This document shows positions 1 to 8,326 of a stretch of 58,368 nucleotides of DNA, one piece after another. Made by a program: the position numbers and the translations under genes. Within the stretch, counting starts at the first letter, position 1; every line of letters starts with the position of its first letter. Origin of the DNA: Nanobdellati archaeon. Lineage in GTDB: Archaea > Nanobdellota > Nanobdellia > UBA10117. The stretch is taken from positions 1 through 58,368 of the forward strand of contig JACOYC010000010.1 of NCBI GenBank assembly GCA_016182015.1. The letters are read 5' to 3'. The notes under the pieces were generated by a model. The model worked only from the letters and a program-made list of their open reading frames with translations, did not search any database and had not been told where the DNA came from.

Positions 1-33
1 AGTGAAACAGATATAGCCGTACCCTTAAATGTT

Positions 34-318
34 ATGGATAAGGCCAGACAATTAATTTATCTAAGAAACATGGCTGGTGTTAGTAAGGGCTTACTTACAG
101 GTGCCGGACAAATAATATTTGCTGAAGGATTTTTCGGTGTAACTACAGATTGGTTTGATGAACGCGCTAAAGCTGGAGATTACAATCTGTTAGCTCAAAG
201 ATTAGAACAGTGTGCTGGCCGGTTCCCTGGCGTTACAAATACATTAAAAGATTTGTATGCAACTTTTCCAGTTCTTAATCCCGAACAACCAGCACGCCAG
301 CCCGCACCCAAGTCTTAG
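34..318 (+). CDS. hypothetical protein
   Basis: 94-aa ORF with no recognisable motif. Its 3' end overlaps the convergent ORF 275..970 by 44 nt. Confidence 0.3.
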   Translation: MDKARQLIYLRNMAGVSKGLLTGAGQIIFAEGFFGVTTDWFDERAKAGDYNLLAQRLEQCAGRFPGVTNTLKDLYATFPVLNPEQPARQPAPKS

Positions 319-970
319 ACCGCCTTGCTTCTTTTCTTTTCAAAATATTCTCAATCGCAGTCGATGTTGCTGCTTTGGATTGCGGATAATTTGCGCCTAA
401 AATTCTTAGCAGCGCAGAAAGATTTTCCATTATGCGCATCTCTTCGGGCTTTGTCGCGAAGGATGCAATTATTAGCGGGACTTTCCTGTGGGTGAGCTGA
501 ACATTCTGCATCTCCCGCCCCAATAATTTTGCGCGCTTGGTTCCAATCTCATTTAGTATGTTTGCGAATGAAATGGCATAGCTCTGCTTATTCTGTTTCA
601 TCAAGTTAGCAAGTATCGCGTTAATTCCGGAGCGCCTGTAATCAAGCGCATCTTTCCCGAACGAAGTCGCAACGCCAAACACAACGTCAACCATCGGGTT
701 TTCACACAGCGCGCGGATTATTTTTTCGTCCTGTGAGGTTGCAGCGATTAAATCTGCTTCTAAATAGAGTTTTTCATTTATTTTTTTAGCATCTGAAATA
801 TTTTTTGGCTTAAATAAAATTCCTACATTCGCGCCGAACTTTTTTTTCTTCTCATTTAATTCATTTGAATTTTTGGTTTGGTATAAAAACATAACATTTG
901 TAATACTTAATGCGATTGCTTTTTCTAGAAGTTCTTTCTCGTTTCCGCTCGGTATTACTATGCCAAACAT
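275..970 (-). CDS. rnp3: RNase P protein component 3 (Rpp30-like, PHP/TIM-barrel fold)
   Basis: 231 aa. The overall pattern (DVVFGVATSFGKDALDYRRSGIN..., LIIASFATKPEEMR) resembles archaeal Rpp30. It lies in a translation-gene neighbourhood next to L15e. Confidence 0.55.
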   Translation of the reverse strand: MFGIVIPSGNEKELLEKAIALSITNVMFLYQTKNSNELNEKKKKFGANVGILFKPKNISDAKKINEKLYLEADLIAATSQDEKIIRALCENPMVDVVFGVATSFGKDALDYRRSGINAILANLMKQNKQSYAISFANILNEIGTKRAKLLGREMQNVQLTHRKVPLIIASFATKPEEMRIMENLSALLRILGANYPQSKAATSTAIENILKRKEARRSKTWVRAGVLVVRD

Positions 971-992
971 AGTATAATTGTTTAATAGAGAT

Positions 993-1946
993 TTATAAAT
1001 TGTTTTCCAGAATGTACCTTGCGGTAATTGCCCTGTGATACGAGGCTAGGTAACTTCTTGCTTCTGCCCCGACAAAAAATTCCCTTAGTTTGCTGACCGG
1101 AACGCCAAACGCGCGAGTGTTTTTCTTTGGCGGCTGGCCAAGGTCAAGTATCGGCCCGAACTCTGAAAACTTTTGTATTGGCACCGGCATATTCATATTT
1201 ATGTAGCCGCCGGCCTTGCCTGCCAGCGCAGCAAAATCTTTCACGACCTCGCCAGCTTGGGTTTTTGTTTCCACAATATATTCTAAGGCAGTATCGCCCC
1301 ACCACGTACTGCCGGTAAAACCGCGCGCACTTAATTTAATGTTGCTAGAAGGCAAGCCGGTATATGCTGCCAGATACTTTCTCAGCGTTCCCTCGAATGG
1401 CTTCTCATGGGCCAGCTCTGCCTCGCGCATGCCTGCGCTCACGCCGCTTTGCAGAATACCTGCAATGTACTCTGCCTGCTTTCCCCGAATAACATAAACT
1501 GCATATTGCTCGCCATCAAATTCTGCTATCGGCAGGGCCAGCACACCGGTTGCCATTTCTGCCATTTTCGGCGCTGGTTTGCCCGCAAGACTAAGCTCTC
1601 TGATAGCAACTGCAAGTGCATAGTGGTCGAGAAAAAACGGAACGCTCAGCTTAACGCGAGGAAGTGCGGTTGGATACTGTTTTTCACTCTTGCCTAAATA
1701 AACATAAACAATGTTTTCCTGAAACGGCATTCGCTTAACTACTGTTTGCAGCTGCTCTTGCAGGCCCGACTCTAATTCTGCCAGCCACGGAACACGCGCA
1801 GCTAATTTTGGGCCAAGCTCAACATCAAAAACCTCCGGAAGAAAAATATTATACTGATGCCGCAGATCGTGGGCATGGCCTGAAAGCTCGTCCACCCTTG
1901 CCAGCAAGCTGGTGTTAGATATTAAATTTTTCAGCATAAAATGCAT
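993..1946 (-). CDS. hypothetical protein
   Basis: Long 317-aa ORF co-oriented with its neighbours. No motif recognised. Confidence 0.5.
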   Translation of the reverse strand: MHFMLKNLISNTSLLARVDELSGHAHDLRHQYNIFLPEVFDVELGPKLAARVPWLAELESGLQEQLQTVVKRMPFQENIVYVYLGKSEKQYPTALPRVKLSVPFFLDHYALAVAIRELSLAGKPAPKMAEMATGVLALPIAEFDGEQYAVYVIRGKQAEYIAGILQSGVSAGMREAELAHEKPFEGTLRKYLAAYTGLPSSNIKLSARGFTGSTWWGDTALEYIVETKTQAGEVVKDFAALAGKAGGYINMNMPVPIQKFSEFGPILDLGQPPKKNTRAFGVPVSKLREFFVGAEARSYLASYHRAITARYILENNL

Positions 1947-1968
1947 AATAATAGAAAGCTTAAAAAAA

Positions 1969-2484
1969 CTATCTGACTAGGCCGCGTGACTTTTTCGCTG
2001 CGCCAGTTAATCCCCTGGCAACACGACCGCGATTTGCCGGGCTTGCAATAAATTTATAGTCTGGATATTTTGCCGCGAGCTCGCGGTCAATTAAAATTAC
2101 TTCAAACCACTTATGCCTACCATCTGAAGCAACCCAATAGCTGTTCAGGACTTCACAGTTGGGATATTTTCGCGATGCGTGTTCTTCGGAAATCCACTGG
2201 TCGGACTTGTAAACTGTTATAAAACGCCCATACTTTGAAGGTTTTCTTCCGTGGCCTGGCTTTGGGCGCTTCCTCCCGCCCCTTGTAACGCGTGAGCGGA
2301 CTACAAAAATCCCCTGTTTTGCTTTGTAGCCTACGTTGCGAGCGCGGTCAGGCCTTGTCGGGTGTTCCAGCTTAACCAGCGTTGGCTCTGCCCTTAATTT
2401 GATTAGAAAATTCTTCCAAGCCTGCGTGCCAAGGTTCTGCTTTGGCTTTTTCCACAATTGTTTTACGTATTTTAGATATCCCAT
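1969..2484 (-). CDS. rpl15e: 50S ribosomal protein L15e
   Basis: N-terminus MGYLKYVKQLWKKPK and basic RGGRKRPKPGHGRKP core are typical of the L15e family (archaea/eukaryotes only). Confidence 0.95.
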   Translation of the reverse strand: MGYLKYVKQLWKKPKQNLGTQAWKNFLIKLRAEPTLVKLEHPTRPDRARNVGYKAKQGIFVVRSRVTRGGRKRPKPGHGRKPSKYGRFITVYKSDQWISEEHASRKYPNCEVLNSYWVASDGRHKWFEVILIDRELAAKYPDYKFIASPANRGRVARGLTGAAKKSRGLVR

Positions 2485-2732
2485 TTTTGCATCATCACCA
2501 ATATCCCTCCTGAAAAAATGGACCAGCCAAAACGCGCAGCGTTTTAGGCGCTGCCCATTTTACCATCCTTCTCCACAAGGGAACATTGGATTGTAAAGCC
2601 TACGTTAGTTCATTTAAAAGGTTTTTGTTTTAGATATATTAAATAATATGTATGCTCTGGCGCAGAAACCCTTTTATTGTTTTCGGTTCTAAAAAATAAT
2701 ACCACCAAGCGAAGCGCGCGTGGCATCACGCA

Positions 2733-2920
2733 AGAAAAATCTTCGGATTTTTCTGCGCCAAGAAAATGCATCGCATTTTCTTGGGAAGCGCCAGCAGATT
2801 CCAGAGAACCCGAGAAAAAGCAAAGCTTTTTCTGGGCCCAGCGAAACTCCGTTTCGCTTGGGAATCGCCGAGCGATTTTCTTGGCCAAGAAAATTCAAGA
2901 AAATTCCTTTGGAATTTTCT
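2733..2920. repeat. array A of seven short hairpin modules (AGAAAAT..ATTTTCT stems)
   Basis: Example modules: AGAAAAATC-TTCG-GATTTTTCT (2733-2754), CCAAGAAAATGC-ATC-GCATTTTCTTGG (2758-2784), AGAAAATTCC-TTT-GGAATTTTCT (2898-2920). Confidence 0.85.
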
Positions 2921-2947
2921 CTGGTTGCGGCTGGGACGGTGATACAA

Positions 2948-3250
2948 ATGGTTAAAAAGGCTGGAACAAAGGCAACTGCAAAAACTGAAAAAGGTGAAAC
3001 TATGAGCGAATCCCAAACAATACAATCTGTGGCGCAACCTGCTGCCCCAACTGTACCTTCTGAAGGCGGGGGCGCTGGCGCAGCTGTAAGAAAAGCGCTT
3101 AAGATTATTCTTGGCGTTGTTGTTGTCCTGCTTGGCCTTGGGCTGCTTTGGTGGTGGTTCGGCGAGTTTGCTCTTGTTTTCAAGGGCATGATTGGAATTG
3201 TTGTCGGGCTGGTCGGTCTTGTGATAATTGCAATTGGCTGGACTGATTAG
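2948..3250 (+). CDS. small membrane protein
   Basis: Internal ATG at 2948 (MVKKAG...) lies just after the hairpin array, followed by two C-terminal hydrophobic helices. The longer ORF from 2720 is read-through of stop-free repeats. Confidence 0.5.
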   Translation: MVKKAGTKATAKTEKGETMSESQTIQSVAQPAAPTVPSEGGGAGAAVRKALKIILGVVVVLLGLGLLWWWFGEFALVFKGMIGIVVGLVGLVIIAIGWTD

Positions 3251-3271
3251 TATTTATTAAATATTTTTATA

Positions 3272-6200
3272 TTAAGTATTTTTATTCTGTTCTTTTTTGC
3301 GCCCAGCTGGCTCAGTGAAAAGCCAGTTGAATATTTTCCGCCTGAAGCCCTGCCAGTTTCTTTTGGTTTCTTTTTGCGCCTGCGGGGCTTGCCTGCCAAA
3401 ACTGACAGGATTCAATTTTGGCCAGCGGAATAATCTCCGCTTGGGTTTTGCGGCTTCTACTTCCTTTGCGTACTTCTGGTAGTATGCCTTCTTCTGATCC
3501 TCAATTCTACGGGTTAAGCTACTACTTAATTTAGATTTGTATCTGCGCGCGAAGCTTGCGGCGAAAAGAATTGCCAGCGCAGCTATGACAAACGCGTAGG
3601 CTGGCAAGCCTAATTTTTTTACCATTAACGCTGATTTTATCTTTGGCCCGATATTTTTTATGGCGCCAAAGTCCGGCATTTTTAATCCTGCGAAACCTGT
3701 CAGCGGGCTGGCAGAAGCGGCTGTCACGTTTGCAGTTTCATTAACTATAGCAGACTCTGCAGCGATTTCCGCCCCTGATTTTTTCTTACCTGCAACTGCG
3801 AAGTACGATAGGCCGGGCGAGCTTGCCTCAAATGTTGCATATTCCTGCGTTTGCGATATTAAATCAGTTGGCAATTCCTGCCATGAAGTTGTGTGGCGGT
3901 AAAGCCTTATCGAATTTTTGTTTATCAGGTTCAATTTTATCCACGACTGCGGGACTTTGAATTTTATTTTCGCATTCGATATTTTTGATGACTCTAAATT
4001 TTCAGCGCTCAGCGCAGAAAAAGCATATGTAACGCCGGGCGGATTGGGACTTTCAGGGTTGGCATCAAGCTTTTCTATTATTAGCTTGACATTTTCCGCG
4101 GAACCGCCCGCCGTAACAGAAAATTCTGTTACTGCGAAACCTGCTTTTGAAGTTGTTACTGCTATTGTATCACCTGCGGCTACCTTTAGAAAAAAGCTTT
4201 TGGCTGTGTTGTCATTTAGGCCGCCGCCGCCCGAAGATTCGCTTGCTGACGAACCTGAAGATGTGCCAGAGCTGCTGCTTGAGCTGCTGCTGGAACTGCT
4301 GCCGCCATTGCTTATTTTAAAATCGCTTGCTGACGAAGCCGCGCCTACAAGCTCGCCATCTGTTGCGTTTACTCTTAAGCGATATGTATCGCCATTATTA
4401 ACGCCTTTTGTATTCCAGTCATACCGCCCGTCGTTTGCCTCGCCGGAGGCCAGCTGCGCCCATGTACTTCCGGAATTATTTGAGTAGTAGATTGTTATTG
4501 TAAGCGTATCATCTTCCGGGTCTGTTGCATTCCAGGTTATTGATTTATCGCCGCTCCATGTTTCGCCGCCAACCGGAGCAGTTAAGTTGACTGTGGGATT
4601 TTCGTTTTTGTTATTTATTATAAATGCTGTATCTGATGTGTCGTTAATAACGCCTGTTCCATCTGTTGCGTTTACAAATATATTATAATTTCTCCCGTCG
4701 GCAATTGCCGAAGTATTAAATGTAATATTATACACGCTGCCAACCGCGGCTGTCGAATTGCCTATGAGTGTGTAGTTCGTGCCGTTAGTATACCAGAAGT
4801 ATACTATCAGTATATCGCCCTGGCCGTCTATATCTGTTACCGATGCGTTTATTACTATAGAATTTGACAGCTTAGTTGATGTGTTCGGATATATGACTGT
4901 GGCTAATGGCGCCGAATTTTGTATCGTTGTGTTGCTCGAGTTTACATTTGCGCCAAAGTCCAGCCCGTCGTTCGGCAGCACAGAACACATCCAAACCTGG
5001 TTTTTAACTGCATAAGATGCATTTATCAATGTGAGATTTTCAAAAGTGCTGTTGCGTGTTCCGTTCATGTACCAGCTTATCATTGTATTATTATTTATGT
5101 CACCATCTGTATCAGAAAATGTATAGTTGCAGTTCATGGTTGTGTTTGCCACCGGGCTTGCCGGCTGGATTGTTACATTTGAGGCTGACGGCTGCGTGTT
5201 GCTGAGATTGAATACAAATGCTGTTGAATTAAAATTGTCAAATATATCTGACGCGTAAATAGTTACGTTGGCCTGCCCGGCAGGCCAGCCAGTGGTATTA
5301 ATCTGGTAAAGATTATTGCTGCTGTTCTGCGATAGAGATGTATTTGTTCGGTTGTTTAAGGAATAAGTTGCTGTAAAAATTGCCGTGTCATCTGCAATTG
5401 TAACATTAATTGGCGCGCCGCGCGTTATGCCTGAGTTGTTGCCGGGCGCTACTGTCATGTTCGGGTATTTTGAATCAAATGTGGCAAGCACGCTTAAGAT
5501 GTTTATTCTGGAAAAGTTCAGGCCTGAAGATGCGTCGCTTATATTTACTCCGTTGTCTTTGAACAATTTTTCTGCTGCGGTTGAATTTGTTGATGCGCCA
5601 AATTTTGATTTATAGAACTGATAGAATAATGCAAATGCTGCAGCCGCATGCGGCGCGGACATTGATGTGCCTGACTCGACAGAGTAGTTGCCCGCCCATG
5701 CCGTTGAGTTGATGGCCACTCCAGGGGCAAGCAGGTCAGTTATGTTATTTCTGTTGTACGTGGCGGAATCACCTTTTGTCACTGCGCCTACCGCTGTCGT
5801 GTTTGTTATGCAGGCCGGCGATGCGATTGCAGTCGTGTTTCCGTCATTGCCTGTCGCGGCCAGCACTGTTATATTAACAGCAGTCGCGTTGTTTATCGCT
5901 TCTGCAAAAGTCGCGAAATCCGAATCGCAGAAATTTGTGTAAAGATTGTCTGTCCCGAAACTCATCGTTATAACTGATATATTATATGCCGAGGCGTTGC
6001 CGATGCACCACTTGACACCTGCAATCGCGTTTGCAGTCGAGCCTGTGCCTGCCGAATTCAAAACTTTAACAGCGGCTATGTTTGACCCGGGAGCGATTCC
6101 TGTAGCGCTACCGGACGCCGCAACTATGCCTGCCACGTGCGTGCCGTGCCCGTTGTCATCGTACGGATCTGCATCATCGTTCACAAAATCAAAGCCGATA

Positions 6201-6754
6201 ATAATTTTGCAGCCAGAGCCAAGGCAGCCGCCCAAATCTGCGTGTGTATAATTAACGCCGGAATCTAGCACGCAGACTGTCTGGCCTGCCCCCGTCAGGT
6301 TCAGGCCGTTAAGCTGCGCTGCGTGAACGCGGGTCGCGTTCATCTGTTTTTTAGTGTCATTAAGCATTGCCTTTATCTTATAATTATACTCTATGCGCTC
6401 TATTAAATCAGAATTTTCCAGCGAGGCAAGCTCCGCCGCAGAAATCTCTGCCGCAAATGAGCGTTCTATTATTGTGTTCGTCTTCAGATTTAAAGATTTT
6501 ACATTATCTTCAAAACTCAGTGATTCTGACTCTGCAGCCAAATCAGCTTTTTTTAATGTTATTATTACTGGGAGTTTTTCCTCTGCTTTTTCCGCGGTCG
6601 CGGATTGTATTTCTGCAATGCCACGTATAGTGTTATGGGTATTTTTAATTTTACTTATCTGTTCCGGCAGGGCGTTTTCTGCATGCGCAACGCTAATTAA
6701 AAACATTGCTAAAACTATGCACGATAAAAAGCAGATAACCAACGCTCTACTCAT
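3272..6754 (-). CDS. secreted S8 subtilisin-like serine protease with I9 propeptide, Ig-like repeats, poly-Ser linker, PGF-pre-PGF-like domain and C-terminal TM anchor
   Basis: Signal peptide present. Catalytic D/H/S motifs VLDSGVNYTHADLGG, HGTHVAGIVAA and GTSMSAPHAAAA. Very many N-x-S/T sequons. C-terminal TM followed by a basic tail. Confidence 0.9.
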   Translation of the reverse strand: MSRALVICFLSCIVLAMFLISVAHAENALPEQISKIKNTHNTIRGIAEIQSATAEKAEEKLPVIITLKKADLAAESESLSFEDNVKSLNLKTNTIIERSFAAEISAAELASLENSDLIERIEYNYKIKAMLNDTKKQMNATRVHAAQLNGLNLTGAGQTVCVLDSGVNYTHADLGGCLGSGCKIIIGFDFVNDDADPYDDNGHGTHVAGIVAASGSATGIAPGSNIAAVKVLNSAGTGSTANAIAGVKWCIGNASAYNISVITMSFGTDNLYTNFCDSDFATFAEAINNATAVNITVLAATGNDGNTTAIASPACITNTTAVGAVTKGDSATYNRNNITDLLAPGVAINSTAWAGNYSVESGTSMSAPHAAAAFALFYQFYKSKFGASTNSTAAEKLFKDNGVNISDASSGLNFSRINILSVLATFDSKYPNMTVAPGNNSGITRGAPINVTIADDTAIFTATYSLNNRTNTSLSQNSSNNLYQINTTGWPAGQANVTIYASDIFDNFNSTAFVFNLSNTQPSASNVTIQPASPVANTTMNCNYTFSDTDGDINNNTMISWYMNGTRNSTFENLTLINASYAVKNQVWMCSVLPNDGLDFGANVNSSNTTIQNSAPLATVIYPNTSTKLSNSIVINASVTDIDGQGDILIVYFWYTNGTNYTLIGNSTAAVGSVYNITFNTSAIADGRNYNIFVNATDGTGVINDTSDTAFIINNKNENPTVNLTAPVGGETWSGDKSITWNATDPEDDTLTITIYYSNNSGSTWAQLASGEANDGRYDWNTKGVNNGDTYRLRVNATDGELVGAASSASDFKISNGGSSSSSSSSSSSGTSSGSSASESSGGGGLNDNTAKSFFLKVAAGDTIAVTTSKAGFAVTEFSVTAGGSAENVKLIIEKLDANPESPNPPGVTYAFSALSAENLESSKISNAKIKFKVPQSWIKLNLINKNSIRLYRHTTSWQELPTDLISQTQEYATFEASSPGLSYFAVAGKKKSGAEIAAESAIVNETANVTAASASPLTGFAGLKMPDFGAIKNIGPKIKSALMVKKLGLPAYAFVIAALAILFAASFARRYKSKLSSSLTRRIEDQKKAYYQKYAKEVEAAKPKRRLFRWPKLNPVSFGRQAPQAQKETKRNWQGFRRKIFNWLFTEPAGRKKEQNKNT
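4787..4816. repeat. AGTATACT-type array inside the S8 protease CDS, 3 units at 11-bp period
   Basis: AGTATACC 4787, AGTATACT 4798, AGTATATC 4809. An 18-nt stretch is identical (as reverse complement) to 14606-14623. Confidence 0.7.
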
Positions 6755-7031
6755 TTATTATCGCCTCGCATTTGTTTTTTATGCACTTTATTTTTCCCTG
6801 ATTGCAGTCCAGTGTATTTGGCTGGCACACCGCAGTGCAAAAAGTATCACTGCAGTCTGGCCGGAAAGCCTTGTTAACTGCTGATACTGGATGACAGCAT
6901 TCTTTCTGGACGCAGTCTGAGTCAGAAGCGCAGAAAACTTTCCCGTCTGCCTGCGCCGGTTGATTAAACAAATAGGCAAAACCCAGCGCTAAAGCTACTA
7001 TTATTACCGCTAAAGTGGCCAGCTTACGCAT
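6747..7031 (-). CDS. small secreted Cys-rich protein
   Basis: Signal peptide MRKLATLAVIIVALALGFA and 10 Cys in about 65 mature residues. Overlaps the protease start by 8 nt, so probably co-transcribed. Confidence 0.55.
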   Translation of the reverse strand: MRKLATLAVIIVALALGFAYLFNQPAQADGKVFCASDSDCVQKECCHPVSAVNKAFRPDCSDTFCTAVCQPNTLDCNQGKIKCIKNKCEAIINE

Positions 7032-7096
7032 AGTTATTTTAGAAAAAGTGGGTATTTAAATTTTAATGTTGTGCAGCAGCAAGTTTTAAATAACTT

Positions 7097-7537
7097 ATGT
7101 TCGCTTTGGCTTTGTTGGAGATGGAATTTATCAAACGCATATTGATGGGTGTAAAGACAAGGATACAGCGGGCCACTACCTGGCTCTCACTGTTTAATTC
7201 TGCCATGATATTTTTTCTGTTTCTGTCGCGGCTTAACGATGCTGGCTATAACATCCGCGTAGGCCAGTGGTTTCTTCCGCTTTTGGTTATTGGCGCGCTT
7301 GGCCTTGCGCTTATCGGCTGGATCGAAGACCGAATGGGGTTCTGGCGGCTGGAGCTTAAGATGATAGGGGAGCGCAGTCCTTACTTTAAGGATATTATGC
7401 ACAAGCTTTCAAGAATTGAGAAGAAGCTTGGAATAGAAAGTGAAAACAACATGTCGGTCGTTGGTCATAAGTCGTTAGTTGTTGCGCCAGACGACAAACA
7501 ACAATCAACCCCCGGACAGCAAACAGACATAAAATGA
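7097..7537 (+). CDS. membrane protein, unknown function
   Basis: Two predicted TM helices. ATGA overlap with the next gene. Confidence 0.5.
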   Translation: MFALALLEMEFIKRILMGVKTRIQRATTWLSLFNSAMIFFLFLSRLNDAGYNIRVGQWFLPLLVIGALGLALIGWIEDRMGFWRLELKMIGERSPYFKDIMHKLSRIEKKLGIESENNMSVVGHKSLVVAPDDKQQSTPGQQTDIK

Positions 7538-8127
7538 CATCCTACAAACATATTCTTGGCACTGTAAACACTGCGCGAAACCCTGAATTTGAAAACAAAA
7601 AGAACAGCCAGCAGGCCTGCGCGGAGATTCTGAACTACGGGCAGGCAAGCTCTGTCCTGGATTACGGGGCAGGCCCGATGGACATTAAAAAGAAGGGCTG
7701 GCTTAATGACAGTATAATATACGTGCCATACGATCCGGACACAAAGAGGGAGGGCGCAGTTCGCAGGCTGCCAGACGGACAATTCGACTGGATAATTTGC
7801 AATCAGGTTGTCGAGCACCTCACTTTAAAGGAAATTGAAGAGTTTCTGGACTACTGTGCAAAACATACAAAGAACATAGTAATATCTACCCCAAACATAA
7901 ATCACCTGAATTGGTATGACTTTCACACGCAAATAACACACATCACGCCGCTGTACTGGCGGCATTTTGCATCCTTTGTTGAGAGCCACGGGTTTTCTGT
8001 TGATAAAATAATATTTGCGATGCCCTTCAGGAACCCGCTAAAAAAACTTTTGTGCAGGCTTTTCGGGAGCTTCCCCTATAATGAGTATTTGATTGTTGCG
8101 AAAAAGAGAGAAAAGATAACTATATAA
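7534..8127 (+). CDS. class I SAM-dependent methyltransferase
   Basis: Motif I-like VLDYGAGPMD, followed by DWIICNQVVEHL, typical of the Methyltransf_11/23 type. Confidence 0.6.
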   Translation: MTSYKHILGTVNTARNPEFENKKNSQQACAEILNYGQASSVLDYGAGPMDIKKKGWLNDSIIYVPYDPDTKREGAVRRLPDGQFDWIICNQVVEHLTLKEIEEFLDYCAKHTKNIVISTPNINHLNWYDFHTQITHITPLYWRHFASFVESHGFSVDKIIFAMPFRNPLKKLLCRLFGSFPYNEYLIVAKKREKITI

Positions 8128-8193
8128 TATTATATATTTTTATATAACTGATTTTAAAAAAACAACTAAAAATATTAAAAAAAATAAAAAGAA

Positions 8194-8326
8194 GTGGCTA
8201 AATTACCACTTTCTCTTCTTTCAGCCGCAAAATCGGCTGGCGCTTTGGTTGCATTTGGCTTTTGCCAAACGCAACAGCGCAAGTGAATACTAAAGCTTCT
8301 GTGGCTTTTACCACTTTCTCTTCTTT
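8194..8326. repeat. direct duplication of the surface-protein gene 3' end flanking a hairpin insert
   Basis: TTACCACTTTCTCTTCTTT at 8203-8221 and 8308-8326, each preceded by GTGGCT. Insert hairpins include CAGCCG..CGGCTG and TTTGGC-TTTT-GCCAAA. Confidence 0.85.

Noticed and set aside
2733-2920. Hairpin array considered as a CRISPR array.
   Set aside because: The units are individually palindromic and diverged, with variable spacing of about 22-35 nt. There are no constant direct repeats separated by unique spacers, and no cas genes are in the window.
2720-2947. N-terminal extensions of ORFs 2720..3250, 36576..37892, 40369..40866 and 13185..14561 as given in the ORF track.
   Set aside because: The extensions consist only of stop-free repeat sequence. 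In each case a canonical ATG, followed by a signal/TM segment or domain start, lies right after the repeat. The starts were moved to 2948, 36762, 40656 and 13320.
4250-4320. GCT/GCTGCT-rich tract as a possible tandem DNA repeat or phase-variation site.
   Set aside because: It encodes the poly-Ser/Gly linker (GGSSSSSSSSSSSGTSSGSS) of the protease using mixed codons. It is a low-complexity coding region rather than a perfect microsatellite.
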